A stretch of 64,000 bases of DNA from Acidobacteriota bacterium (GCA_040005235.1 JBDTZG010000025.1:13485-77484), one strand, 5' to 3'; counted from the stretch's first letter, positions 47,221 to 57,459 are shown. The notes: generated from the sequence alone by a model not told the origin. Numbers and translations: made by a program.

Positions 47221-49698
47221 CTACTTCTTGTACGTCAAGCTCAGCAGCGAGCGCCGGGCGATCAGGTCGCCGCCGAAGGACTGGTAGGCCTCTTCGTCGA
47301 ACAGGTTCGAGACCGAGAGGCCGAGCGTGAGGGTGGCGGAGAGGTCGTAGTTGGCGTTCACGTCGACCGAGGTGTAGGCCTTCACGTCGCCCTGGAAGGG
47401 GCCGGTGACCCAGCGGAACTTGTCGGTGAAGCGGAAGCTCGTCTCCGCGTTCCAGCGGTCGGCGAGGTAGCCGAGGCCTAAGGCTCCTTTGTTTTTCGGG
47501 CTGTTCGGCAACAGCAGGCGGTCGAGGCCCGGCTGGCTGTTCTGGATGTCGAAGTCGAACCAGGAGTAGGCGGCGTTGACGTTCCAGTGGCTGTTGACCG
47601 ACCAGTTGAGACCGAGGTCGACGCCTTGGGTGTCGACGGCGCCGAAGTTGGTGTAGGAGACCGCGCCCAGGATCGGCGTGCCGTCGAGGTTGTTGCTGAG
47701 GACGAAGAAGTTGTTGCCGAGCGCGGCCCGGAGGCGGCTGAGCAGCAGCGCAGCCACCGGAGCCGGGAGCCCGGCGGGCGCCTGGTAGAGGCCGAAGTTG
47801 GGGTTCAGCCGGCCGAGCGGCGTGCCGAAGTTCGGCAGCAGGTCGGTGATGAAGTTCTCATTCTTGCTCTTGTAGTACTCGGCCGTGAGCACCGCCTGGT
47901 TGCCCAGGATGCCGGTGTAGCCGAGCTCATAGGTCTTCACCTCTTCGAGGCTGAGATCCTTGTTGCCGAGCGCGAGCACCCGCGTGTTCGCCGTGGCCAC
48001 GTTGTTGTCCGGATCGAAGCCGCAGGAGACGCCGGCCGAGCGGCAGATCGCCTCGAACGGCGACAGGTTGATCGGCGCCGCCACGTCGGCCTGGAGGAAG
48101 AACTCCGAGTAGTTGGCGACCTGGAAGCCCTCGTTGTACGAGGCGCGGAGCGTATGGTTCGGGCGCACCGCCCAGACCAGCGAGCCCTTCGGCGAGAAAC
48201 GCGCCTTGTGCAGGTCGCTGTCGTCGTAGCGGCCGGCGACCACCAGCTTCAGAGCGTCGGTCAAGTTCCAATCGACCTGGCCGTAGCCGGCGTACGATTT
48301 CGCGCTGACCGGGTTGAAGATCAGCGTCTGGCGCCCGGTGCGCGGGTCGCGGCTGTCGATGTTCTCGTCCTGGTAGCTGCCGCCGAGGACGATGCGCGCC
48401 TTGTCGTTGGCGACGCCCCAGTAGGTCTGCCCTTCGAGGTTGAAGTTGTCGTCGTCGAGCGAGACGTTGTTGCCGGCGGAAAGGGCGGTCTGCCGCTCGG
48501 CGTTCCTCTTGTTGTAGGAGGTGAGGAAGTTGAAATGGTCGCGCGAGTAGTCGAGCCGCGCGAAATCGCGCTTGACGTCGACCAGCTGGACGCGGCCGAT
48601 GCCGGTCTGGAACACCGGTCCCGAGATGTCGGCGCGGCCGATCTCGGCGGTCAAGAGCGCTCCGCCCCCCTCGAAATAGCGGTCGATTCTTGCCTCGCCG
48701 AACTTGATGTCGTCATCGTCTTCGGGGTTCAACTTCACCCGCTCCTGCGGCAGGCAGTCGGTCTGGGCCGAGGTGGTGCAGGGCCGCGAGTACTCGGCCT
48801 TGCCGTTTCGCGAGACGGTGAAGTCGCCGCTCTGGCGCAGGCCGGCGAGAACCTTGAAGTAGGTCGCGTCGTTGATCGCCCCGGCGTAGCGGCCGTCGAG
48901 GTTCAGGGTGGAGAGCTCCCCGCCGGTCGCGCGCAGCAGCAGTCCGCGGCTGTCCTTCGGCCGGCGGGTGATCAGGTTGAGCACGCCCGAGGAGGCGTTG
49001 GCGCCATAGAGCGCGGCGGAGGGGCCGCGCACCAGCTCGGCCTGCGCCAGGTCGTCGAGCGGGAAGGAAACCGCCGCCCACTCCTGCGCGCCGAGGAACG
49101 GCACCGACGGATCACGGCCGTCGATCAGGGTCGCGACGCGCCGGTTGAGCGAGCTGTTGAAGCCGCGGGTGTTGAAGTTGAAGTCGTAGACGCCACTCTG
49201 CGTGACTTCCGCGCCCGGGGTGAATTCGAGCAGCTTCGGCAGCTGGGCGTGGGTCGCTTCGCGGGCGATCTGCTCTTCCGAGACGATGGTCACCGCGGCG
49301 GGCGCCTCGGTGATCTTCTCGTTCTGCCGCGAGGCGGAAAAGACGGTGATCGTGTCGACGAACGAGACGTCCCAGTCGACGCTCTTGTCTACCGTCTTGG
49401 TCTTTCCCGCGGCGACCTCGACGCCCGAGGCGCTGTCGGTCGAATCGCCCGCGGTAAAGCTCAGCTCATAGCTGCCGGCCGGCACGCTGGAGAAGGAGTA
49501 GCGGCCGTTGGAGTCGGTGAGCGTCGCCTGCGAGGTCGACTGGATCACCACGGTGACCCCGCCGATGCCCGTGCCGTCCTTACGGGTCAGGCGCCCTTCG
49601 ATTCGCCCATTGCCTTGTGCGAGAAGGGCCTGGGTGCAGAGCCCGGCGATGAAGGCGAACAGCAACGCGGTGAGCGAACGTCTCGATAGGTAGATCAT
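47221..49698 (-). CDS. TonB-dependent receptor with N-terminal carboxypeptidase-regulatory-like domain
   Basis: Signal peptide, TDSNGRYSF, plug LIDGR...ELVRGPSAALYGANA, NLFDE barrel end. Confidence 0.92.
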   Translation of the reverse strand: MIYLSRRSLTALLFAFIAGLCTQALLAQGNGRIEGRLTRKDGTGIGGVTVVIQSTSQATLTDSNGRYSFSSVPAGSYELSFTAGDSTDSASGVEVAAGKTKTVDKSVDWDVSFVDTITVFSASRQNEKITEAPAAVTIVSEEQIAREATHAQLPKLLEFTPGAEVTQSGVYDFNFNTRGFNSSLNRRVATLIDGRDPSVPFLGAQEWAAVSFPLDDLAQAELVRGPSAALYGANASSGVLNLITRRPKDSRGLLLRATGGELSTLNLDGRYAGAINDATYFKVLAGLRQSGDFTVSRNGKAEYSRPCTTSAQTDCLPQERVKLNPEDDDDIKFGEARIDRYFEGGGALLTAEIGRADISGPVFQTGIGRVQLVDVKRDFARLDYSRDHFNFLTSYNKRNAERQTALSAGNNVSLDDDNFNLEGQTYWGVANDKARIVLGGSYQDENIDSRDPRTGRQTLIFNPVSAKSYAGYGQVDWNLTDALKLVVAGRYDDSDLHKARFSPKGSLVWAVRPNHTLRASYNEGFQVANYSEFFLQADVAAPINLSPFEAICRSAGVSCGFDPDNNVATANTRVLALGNKDLSLEEVKTYELGYTGILGNQAVLTAEYYKSKNENFITDLLPNFGTPLGRLNPNFGLYQAPAGLPAPVAALLLSRLRAALGNNFFVLSNNLDGTPILGAVSYTNFGAVDTQGVDLGLNWSVNSHWNVNAAYSWFDFDIQNSQPGLDRLLLPNSPKNKGALGLGYLADRWNAETSFRFTDKFRWVTGPFQGDVKAYTSVDVNANYDLSATLTLGLSVSNLFDEEAYQSFGGDLIARRSLLSLTYKK

Positions 49699-49959
49699 CT
49701 GTCGATTCCCCTTGAAGATATGGATCGAGCCTGCGGCCACGTGGGAGGCCGCCGCTAGATCCGAATCCGACTCTAAAGCCCGAGAGCTGGCCTGCAATGG
49801 TAGCGCGGCCAGGGCCGGCGTCAAGGGGCGGTGCGGAGAGGTCGGCGTCCGACCGACCTTTCCCTCGTGCGCGCTCCCTCCGCCGGGGGCGGTTTGACGA
49901 AACCGCTTACAGCGTTCAAAGTTCCGCCCGATTTCGTTCAAGAAGAGGAGATCGGGAAC

Positions 49960-50742
49960 ATGTCGGGAGATTCTCCGCGGCTGGCGGCTGGGCGCAAGCG
50001 AGCGCTTTTTCGGATCCTGCCTGCGGCCCTTGCCGGTCTGCTCGGTTCGGGGTTGGCATGCTCTGGAAATTTAGCGCGGAGCGCACCGGCCGGCCGGCGG
50101 GCGGCGGCCGTCAATTGCGCCGAGGGGGCGGGACTCGCCGTCGTGCCGCTGCCGTTACCCCACGGTTGGCGCCGTTCGCGGTTGACGCGAGACTACGTGC
50201 GCGGGCGGTATGACGCCCAAGCGACGTCGCTACGTTTCGTGCCCAGGATGATCGTCCTGCACTGGACCGAGCTGCCCGACCTCGCGGCGCTCTGGAACGC
50301 GTTCCGTCCCGCGACGATTCCGCCCTCGCGCCCGGAGCTGTTGTCCGCGGGGCGCGTCAACGTCGCGTCTCAGTTCGTGGTCGATCGCGACGGCGCGATC
50401 TACCGGCTGCTGCCCGAGACCGCGATCGCCCGCCACACGATCGGCCTCAACCGAGCGGCGATCGGGATCGAAAACGTCGGCGGCAGCGAGGCGCCGCTGA
50501 CCGAATGCCAGGTGCGCGCGGACGCCAAGCTGGTGACGGACCTCGCGGCGCGACATCCGACGATCCGCTATCTGATCGGCCACCACGAATACGGCCGCTT
50601 TCGCGGCACGCCGCTTTGGGAGGAGCGCGATCCGACCTACTTCACGAGCAAGGTCGATCCGGGGGACGAGTTCATGTCGGCGGTCCGGGCGCGGGTCGCG
50701 CCGCTTCGTCTGGGTGCCGAGTACGCAACGGTTCCGCCCTGA
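49960..50742 (+). CDS. N-acetylmuramoyl-L-alanine amidase (Amidase_2)
   Basis: IVLHWT, ARHTIGLN, IGIENVG, LIGHHE, KVDPG; possible lipobox LAC. Confidence 0.85.
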   Translation: MSGDSPRLAAGRKRALFRILPAALAGLLGSGLACSGNLARSAPAGRRAAAVNCAEGAGLAVVPLPLPHGWRRSRLTRDYVRGRYDAQATSLRFVPRMIVLHWTELPDLAALWNAFRPATIPPSRPELLSAGRVNVASQFVVDRDGAIYRLLPETAIARHTIGLNRAAIGIENVGGSEAPLTECQVRADAKLVTDLAARHPTIRYLIGHHEYGRFRGTPLWEERDPTYFTSKVDPGDEFMSAVRARVAPLRLGAEYATVPP

Positions 50743-50828
50743 CGCCTCACCCATTTCCCCGATGATCCCTCCCTCGGGCCGCACATTTCGTGCGGTCGAG
50801 TCGATAAATCTAAAGAGGAGACGAATAT

Positions 50829-51134
50829 ATGTCCGCTTCCACTCCGAGATTTCGCCCGGCCCACCTTCTGTTGATCGGTTGGATCGGTCTTCTCACCGCC
50901 GCCGCGGGGAGCGCCCCGGCGTCGGCGCAGCCGTTCGATTTCGGGATTTCCGCCCGGACCGTTTCGACCTGGATCGACGACTTCAGTCGTTGGTTCGACC
51001 TGACGGGAAAGCCGACGCCGCCGGAGAGCGGCACCTGTATCGATCCCAACGGCAAGCCGAGACCCTGTGACTCGGGCGAGGTCGCTCCCCCCGGGGCGAA
51101 GCGCGAGCCGGATCGCGCCTCCCCTCGAGGCTGA
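50829..51134 (+). CDS. Small secreted peptide precursor (GTCIDPNG motif)
   Basis: GAGGAG RBS, Sec signal ending ASA, amphipathic WIDDFSRWF, CIDPNGKPRPC. Confidence 0.7.
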   Translation: MSASTPRFRPAHLLLIGWIGLLTAAAGSAPASAQPFDFGISARTVSTWIDDFSRWFDLTGKPTPPESGTCIDPNGKPRPCDSGEVAPPGAKREPDRASPRG

Positions 51135-51145
51135 TGGGCGAGTTG

Positions 51146-51180
51146 TCCACCCCCGCCCAGGGTCGCAGGGGCGGGGGTGG
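51146..51180 (+). terminator. GC-rich hairpin after the peptide gene
   Basis: CCACCCCCGCCC...GGGCGGGGGTGG 12-bp stem. Confidence 0.55.
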
Positions 51181-51265
51181 GAACATTGGTTCTATTTGAC
51201 CGCTTCTCGCAGGAACGCGCGCATGCGAGAATACCGGCGCCGTCGATTCTCCCGGAGACCTACAC

Positions 51266-52594
51266 ATGACCGATCACCCTCCATCCGAGAGTTTTTCCGC
51301 GTTCATTGCGGGGAGTCTCGACCGGAGCGAGCGCAAACGGGTGATCCGTCATCTGATCGCCGGCTGCATGGACTGCGGGGATGCCGCGGCGTCGGCGTTT
51401 CAGGCGCTCGAAGGTCGGCGGTTCGGCACCGCACGACGCTACCGGCCCGAATGTTATGAATTTCCGGTTCGCTACGCCCTGCGCTCCGCACGCGCGACGT
51501 TCGCCCGCCTGGAGCGCGAAAGGGACGTGGCCGCGGGGGAGGTGGCGAAGGCGCTCGACAGCGATCTCGGACGGCTCCCCGCGCTGTCGCCGAGGGAGGC
51601 GGCCGGCCTGCCCGGCTGGGCTCGGGTTGAGGCATTGCTGGAATCCGGCGAACGCGTTCGCACGGAATGCCCGGCTCGCGCCTTGGAGGTGGCCCGGCTC
51701 GCGGTCGATGGGGCCGCGCGGCTCGATGTGGAAGTCCATCCGGCCGGCCACGTAGCCGATCTTCGGTGTCGAGCTCATGGGGAGCTGGCCAACGCATTCC
51801 GGTTGATCGGCGACCTCGTTGCCGCCGAGCGGTCGATGGCCGTCGCGCTGGAGCAGTGCGAGGAGGGGACCGGCGCCCCGGGTCTCGCCGCCGATCTGAT
51901 CGATCTCGGCGCTTCCCTGCGGATCGACCAGAGGCGGTTCGCCGAGGCGGAGGAAATGCTCGAACGGTTGATTGCGCTCCGCCGCGCCGAGGGACTACCG
52001 AGACAGGTGGGCAAGGCGTTGGTGCTCCAGGGCATCGCCGCGGTCTACGGCGAAGATCCGGCGGTGGCGCGCCTGCGCTTCCAGGCCGCTCTCGACCAGC
52101 TCGATCCGGTCGCCGACGGCCGGTTGGTGTTGATCGCCCTCCACAACCTGGTCGACTGCGAAATCGAGCTCGATCGATTCGAGGAAGCGCGCCGGGCGCA
52201 AAGAACCCTGGCGCCGCTCTACGAGCGTCATGCGGGGGAGATGGACCTGCTCAAACGCCGCGGCCAGGAGGGCAAGATCGCCGCCGGCTTGGGGGACTTG
52301 GGTGCTGCCGAAACGATCTTCCGCGAGACCCGGGCCGCCTACGAGATCCACGGAATGCCGGTCTACGTGGCGCACGCCGACCTCGATCTCGCGGCGGTCT
52401 GGATCCGTCAGGGGCGCTTTGCGGAGGTTTATGAAGCGGCCGACCATTTGGTCGCCTCATTTTCTGCGCTCGGCATCGGCCGCGAGGCGCTCGCCTCGTT
52501 CCTGCTACTCAAGGAAGCCGCGGGAAACGAAGAAGCGACGATCGCCCTGATCCGTTCGATCGGCGCGCAGTTGGGGCGGCCCGTTCGGTTCTGA
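51266..52594 (+). CDS. Cytoplasmic TPR-like protein with N-terminal zinc-finger (H..HxxxxCxxC)
   Basis: MTDHP...RHLIAGCMDC followed by alanine/leucine helical repeats (ELANAFRLIGDLVAAE, DQRRFAEAEEML). Confidence 0.75.
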   Translation: MTDHPPSESFSAFIAGSLDRSERKRVIRHLIAGCMDCGDAAASAFQALEGRRFGTARRYRPECYEFPVRYALRSARATFARLERERDVAAGEVAKALDSDLGRLPALSPREAAGLPGWARVEALLESGERVRTECPARALEVARLAVDGAARLDVEVHPAGHVADLRCRAHGELANAFRLIGDLVAAERSMAVALEQCEEGTGAPGLAADLIDLGASLRIDQRRFAEAEEMLERLIALRRAEGLPRQVGKALVLQGIAAVYGEDPAVARLRFQAALDQLDPVADGRLVLIALHNLVDCEIELDRFEEARRAQRTLAPLYERHAGEMDLLKRRGQEGKIAAGLGDLGAAETIFRETRAAYEIHGMPVYVAHADLDLAAVWIRQGRFAEVYEAADHLVASFSALGIGREALASFLLLKEAAGNEEATIALIRSIGAQLGRPVRF

Positions 52595-52759
52595 GGTTTG
52601 ACCCGAACCCCGGTTCGGCGGGCACCGGCGGCCCGTCTCCGGATCGCCCCCTCAAGGACCCTGTGCTACCATTTTCCGACCCGCACGGGGTCGCCCTCGC
52701 GATCCGACGTTCTCTCCCACGAGCCCAGGTTCGAAACCCCTCCAGAGAGGCTTCCCTCC

Positions 52760-53644
52760 ATGTCTACCAACGGCTCCCAGGTCCCCGGGCACCGCCCAGG
52801 TCTCTTGATCGCCATCGGCGGCGCCGAGGACAAGACGCGCGAGCGCAAAATTTTGCGCCGCTTCGTCGAGGCGGCGGGCGGCAGCAAGTCGAAGATCGCG
52901 ATCCTCGCGACCGCCTCGGCCTTGCCCGACACCGGCGAGAAGTACCGCGAGGTGTTTTCGGCGCTCGACGTGGCCGAGATCGTGGTCTTGAACGTGCCGG
53001 ACCGCGCGGCGGCGCTCGAAGTCGGCTCGCCGGTGCTCGAAGCGCTCGAAGGGGCCAGCGGGTTCTTCATGACCGGCGGGGGTCAGCTGCGGGTCACCTC
53101 GGCGCTCGGCGGCACGCCGATCGCTGCGACGATCCGGCGGCGTCACGCGGCGGGTATGGTGATCGCGGGCACCAGCGCCGGAGCGTCGCTGCTTTCCGAG
53201 CACATGATCGCGTTCGGCGAAGGGGGCGGCACGCCGCGCCAGCGCCAGGTGCAGATGGCCAAGGGGCTCGGCCTTGCCCCCGGCCTGATTATCGACCAAC
53301 ATTTCCGTCGCCGCGACCGGCTCGGCCGGCTGCTCACCGCGCTGTCGTACAACCCCGACCCGATCGGCCTCGGAATCGACGAGGACACCGCGGCGGTGAT
53401 CGATCCCGAGGGGATGCTCAGCGTGCTCGGCAGCGGTACCGTGACGATCGTCGAAGCGGCAGGGCTCACCTATACCGACACCCACCACGCCCTGCCGGGC
53501 AAGCCGCTCACCCTGCTCGGTCTGCGCCTCGACGTCCTCTCCGACGGCGCCCGCTACGACCTGAACGCCCGCCGCGGCCTGCCGCCGCTCGAAGCGCCGG
53601 TACCGGTTCCCGACCCCGAAGAGGTCGCGTACAGCGAAAGGTAG
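52760..53644 (+). CDS. cphB: Cyanophycinase
   Basis: IGGAEDK, TGGGQ, GTSAGA, IDQHF..RDRLGRL, GIDEDTA. Confidence 0.92.
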   Translation: MSTNGSQVPGHRPGLLIAIGGAEDKTRERKILRRFVEAAGGSKSKIAILATASALPDTGEKYREVFSALDVAEIVVLNVPDRAAALEVGSPVLEALEGASGFFMTGGGQLRVTSALGGTPIAATIRRRHAAGMVIAGTSAGASLLSEHMIAFGEGGGTPRQRQVQMAKGLGLAPGLIIDQHFRRRDRLGRLLTALSYNPDPIGLGIDEDTAAVIDPEGMLSVLGSGTVTIVEAAGLTYTDTHHALPGKPLTLLGLRLDVLSDGARYDLNARRGLPPLEAPVPVPDPEEVAYSER

Positions 53645-53664
53645 GCCCGGGTTCGCGGGCCTAC
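53641..53664. other. Intercistronic hairpin between cphB and cphA
   Basis: GTAGGCCCG-ggttcg-CGGGCCTAC. Confidence 0.45.
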
Positions 53665-53780
53665 CGCCCCGGATCAACCTCACCCCCCGGCCCCGGCCTG
53701 CAAGTCTTCCGGCTTGCCGTCCCCCCCACCCGGCATGCTAGAAAGCAGTCGCCTTGAATTTCTCGCGAGCGGAGCGTGGC

Positions 53781-56558
53781 ATGAAGATTCTGGAGACGCG
53801 GGTCTACCGTGGGCCCAACCTGTATGCCCTTCGGCCGGTGATCCGGCTGAAGGTGGACCTCGAAGAGTTGGAGCAGTACCCCACCCAGAAGCTGCCGGGA
53901 TTCGTCGAGCGTCTGATCGCGGTGATGCCCTCGCTCGGGGAGCACACCTGCTCTTACGATCAGCCGGGCGGTTTCATCCGCCGGATGACCGAGGACGATG
54001 GGACCTGGATGGGCCACGTCATGGAGCACGTGGCGCTCGAATTTCAATGCCTCGCGGGAACTCCCGTCACCTACGGCAAGACCCGGTCGCGCGGCTTGCC
54101 CCTGGGGCAATACCACGTCATCTACAGCTACATGGAAGAGAGCGTCGGCGTGCGCGCGGGCGAGCTGGCGTTCCAGCTGCTGCGCACCCTTCTGCCGCCG
54201 GATCGCGAAGCGTACGACCCCGATCCGTTCGACTACGCCCATCACCTGGAGCGACTGGTCCGCCTGGCGCAGCGCCGGGCGTTCGGGCCGTCGACCGCAG
54301 CGCTGGTCAAAGCGGCGGAGGAGCGCGACATCCCGTGGATTCGGCTCAACAACCGATCGCTCGTGCAGCTCGGCCATGGCAAGTTCCAGCGCCGCATCCA
54401 GGCGACGGTGACCAGCGAAACCCGCCACATCGCGGTCGAGATCGCTTCGGACAAGGAGCTGACCAACCGCATCCTCCACGATCTCGGCCTCCCCGTGCCG
54501 CGCCAACAGCTGGCCTACGACGCCGAAGAGGCGGTAGCGGCGGCACAGAAGCTCGGCTTTCCGGTGGTGGTCAAGCCGCTCGACGGCAACCACGGCCGGG
54601 GGGTGTCGATCAACCTCGCGACCCCCGAGCAGGTGGAGACCGCGTTCGGCAAGGCCGAGGAACGTTCCGGGACGGTGATCGTCGAAACCTTCCAGCCGGG
54701 CAACGACTACCGGATCCTGGTGGTCGCGGGCAAAGTGCTCGCGGTGGCGGAGCGGGTGCCGGGCCATGTCGTGGGCGACGGCGTCCAGACCGTCGAGCAG
54801 CTGATCGAACAGGTCAATCTCGATCCGCGGCGCGGCGTCGGCCACGAGAAGGTGCTGACCCGTCTGGAGGTCGATCACCAGGCGATGCGCCTGTTGGAGA
54901 GCGTCTTCCTCACGCTCGAATCGGTGCCGGAGGAGGGCCGGATCGTCTATCTCCGCTCGACCGGCAATCTGTCCACCGGCGGCACCTCGATCGACCGTAC
55001 CGCCGCGATCCATTACGACAACCGGGTGATGGCCGAGCGGGCGGTCCGCGCGGTGGGCTTGGACGTGGGTGGCGTCGATTACATCTCGCCCGACATCTCG
55101 CGCAGCTATAAAGAGGTCGGCGGCGCGATCGTCGAAATCAACGCGGCGCCCGGTTTCCGCATGCACACCAGCCCGACCGAAGGGACGCCGCGCGACGTCG
55201 CCGGCCCGGTGATCGATCTTCTCTTCCCGCCCGGCACGCCCTGTCGCATTCCGATCGCGGCGATCAGCGGCACCAACGGCAAGACCACGACCACCCGGAT
55301 GGTCGGCCACATCCTGAAGCTCGCCGGCTGTACGGTAGGCATGGCGACCTCGGACGGCGTCTATATCGATGGCCAGCTCACCGTGCGCGGGGACCTCACC
55401 GGCCCCTGGGCGAGCCACCTGGTGCTGCGCGACCCGACGGTCGACGCCGCGGTGCTCGAATCGGCGCGCGGCGGCATCGTCCGTTCAGGCCTCGGCTGGC
55501 GCAAATGCAAAGTCGGCGCGGTGCTGAACGTCGCCTCTGACCATCTGGGGCTCGGCGGAGTGGACGACCTGGACGACCTGGCGGAGATCAAACAGGTGGT
55601 GGTCGAGGTGGCGCAGGACTATTGCGTCTTGAACGCCGACGACCCGCGCGTCGCGCGCATGGCCGCCGAAAGCCCGGGCCAGCCGATCTACGTAACGATG
55701 GAGCCGACCAACGACCTGGTGCGCCGCCACGTGCGCGAAAAAGGGCGCGCGATAGCGCTCGAAGAGAGCTTGAACGGCCGGCTGATCGCGCTCTACGACG
55801 GCGAGGAGCACGTGCCCGTCCTCTGGGCCCACCAGATCCCGGCGACGGTCGACGGCCACGCGCTCCACAACGTGCAGAACGCCATGTTCGCCGCCGGTAT
55901 CGCCCTCGGAATGGGCGTCAGCCTGGAGAACGTCCGCCTCGGCCTGCGCACCTTCTCGACCGATTTCTTCCAGGCCCCCGGCCGGCTCAACTTCTACAAC
56001 GAGCTGCCGTTCCGCGTGATCCTCGACTACGCGCACAACGCCCACGGCATGGCGGCGGTGGCGAAAACCATCCTCGCCCTCACCGTCCGCGGCCGGCGCA
56101 TCGGCGTGATCTCCGCCCCCGGCGACCGCCGCGACGAGGACATCCTGGAGCTGGCCCGCGAAGCGGCGCCCGCCTTCGATCTGATCATCCTCCGCGAAGA
56201 CGAAAACAAGCGCGGCCGAAAAATCGGAGAAGTGGGCGAAATCCTCCGCCGCGGCCTGATCGAAGCCGGCCTCGTGGCCGAACGAATCGTCGCCGGCGTC
56301 TACGAGGAGCAAGAAGCGATCGAACGCTCGCTCGCCACCGCCGAGCCGGGAGACCTGCTGGTCATCTTCGGCGACAACCTCCAGCGCGCCTGGCAGCTGA
56401 TCACCGGCTTCGGCAAACAGGGAACCGGCGAAACCGCTCCGGCATTTGAATCGGCCGCGGGAATCGCCGCGGAGCCGGGCCGGACCGAACGGCGCGAGGT
56501 GCCGGCGCGACGTCCGGCGGCGGCTCAGCCGGCCGAGGTGGGGGAGGCGGGGGACTAG
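53781..56558 (+). CDS. cphA: Cyanophycin synthetase
   Basis: GPNLY, HVMEHVALE, FGPST, KPLDGNHGRG, NLSTGG, EINAAPGFRMH, GTNGKTTT, DYAHN. Confidence 0.96.
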   Translation: MKILETRVYRGPNLYALRPVIRLKVDLEELEQYPTQKLPGFVERLIAVMPSLGEHTCSYDQPGGFIRRMTEDDGTWMGHVMEHVALEFQCLAGTPVTYGKTRSRGLPLGQYHVIYSYMEESVGVRAGELAFQLLRTLLPPDREAYDPDPFDYAHHLERLVRLAQRRAFGPSTAALVKAAEERDIPWIRLNNRSLVQLGHGKFQRRIQATVTSETRHIAVEIASDKELTNRILHDLGLPVPRQQLAYDAEEAVAAAQKLGFPVVVKPLDGNHGRGVSINLATPEQVETAFGKAEERSGTVIVETFQPGNDYRILVVAGKVLAVAERVPGHVVGDGVQTVEQLIEQVNLDPRRGVGHEKVLTRLEVDHQAMRLLESVFLTLESVPEEGRIVYLRSTGNLSTGGTSIDRTAAIHYDNRVMAERAVRAVGLDVGGVDYISPDISRSYKEVGGAIVEINAAPGFRMHTSPTEGTPRDVAGPVIDLLFPPGTPCRIPIAAISGTNGKTTTTRMVGHILKLAGCTVGMATSDGVYIDGQLTVRGDLTGPWASHLVLRDPTVDAAVLESARGGIVRSGLGWRKCKVGAVLNVASDHLGLGGVDDLDDLAEIKQVVVEVAQDYCVLNADDPRVARMAAESPGQPIYVTMEPTNDLVRRHVREKGRAIALEESLNGRLIALYDGEEHVPVLWAHQIPATVDGHALHNVQNAMFAAGIALGMGVSLENVRLGLRTFSTDFFQAPGRLNFYNELPFRVILDYAHNAHGMAAVAKTILALTVRGRRIGVISAPGDRRDEDILELAREAAPAFDLIILREDENKRGRKIGEVGEILRRGLIEAGLVAERIVAGVYEEQEAIERSLATAEPGDLLVIFGDNLQRAWQLITGFGKQGTGETAPAFESAAGIAAEPGRTERREVPARRPAAAQPAEVGEAGD

Positions 56559-56644
56559 TTCACAGGAGGCCGCTCATGAGGACGCTGCCGCCGCCGCGAA
56601 CGCGGATCAGGAGAACCTGCGGCGCCACGGGGCGCTGAGCTCGC

Positions 56645-57247
56645 CTAATCGTTCTCTTCCTCGCTATCAGAGATCTGCAGCAGGAGCCGCATCATCGGCT
56701 TGGAGCCTTCAGCGAACCACGAGCCAAACTCTTCGGACGATACCCACCACTCAGCTCGAGGCGATTTCGACGAAGATGCCCACATCGCGCCCAAGCGGGC
56801 GGCTGCGTTGTCATCTGAACCGATCGTCAGATCCTCCCACTGCTTGGTTAGCTTCACCTCGCCGTTTACCAGGACCTGCACCGTTAGGTTGACGTCTTGC
56901 CGAAACCACCCCGTTGAGAGGCGAGGCGTAGCGACGAGTAAGACCTTGTTTCGTTTCTCCTTCTCCTTGACGGCAGAGAAGGATACGAAGTGGGCCTTGT
57001 CGCACACGAAATCGGCAACGCCCTTCGCAAACCACGGGCTGCCGACCGGAAGCTCAGCCAAAGAGCGGTGGGTTGGCGTCCTGGCGAGTTCGATGTCGAG
57101 TTGGAGAGGGCAGAGTTCGTTGGGCGCAGGGGCCTTGCCCTGAGTGGCGCGCACCTCATCCGGGGTCGGCTTGCTGCCAGTGACTTGTGCGACGGCAAGG
57201 GAAACGATGAGCAATTGAAGGCAGGCGAGGGATGCGTGTTTCAACAT
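56645..57247 (-). CDS. Exported hypothetical protein (atypical codon usage)
   Basis: AGGAGA RBS, signal peptide AVA-Q, AT-richer than flanks. Confidence 0.7.
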   Translation of the reverse strand: MLKHASLACLQLLIVSLAVAQVTGSKPTPDEVRATQGKAPAPNELCPLQLDIELARTPTHRSLAELPVGSPWFAKGVADFVCDKAHFVSFSAVKEKEKRNKVLLVATPRLSTGWFRQDVNLTVQVLVNGEVKLTKQWEDLTIGSDDNAAARLGAMWASSSKSPRAEWWVSSEEFGSWFAEGSKPMMRLLLQISDSEEEND

Positions 57248-57459
57248 TAAGTTCTCCTAAAAAGAATTAGTTGGGACCAGGGCGCTCCTCATTCCTCCGG
57301 TATGCCCAAGGTCCGGCAAGCTCTCGACGATCTTCACGGTTTCGACGCTCACAATTCCCGCATCGGCGCCCTGGTCCAGCTCGGATTGTAGACACGGACC
57401 GACTTGTCGGTCGCTTTGACGGCGGGGGAGTCTCGGGTCACGGAGGATAGGGTAGCAGA

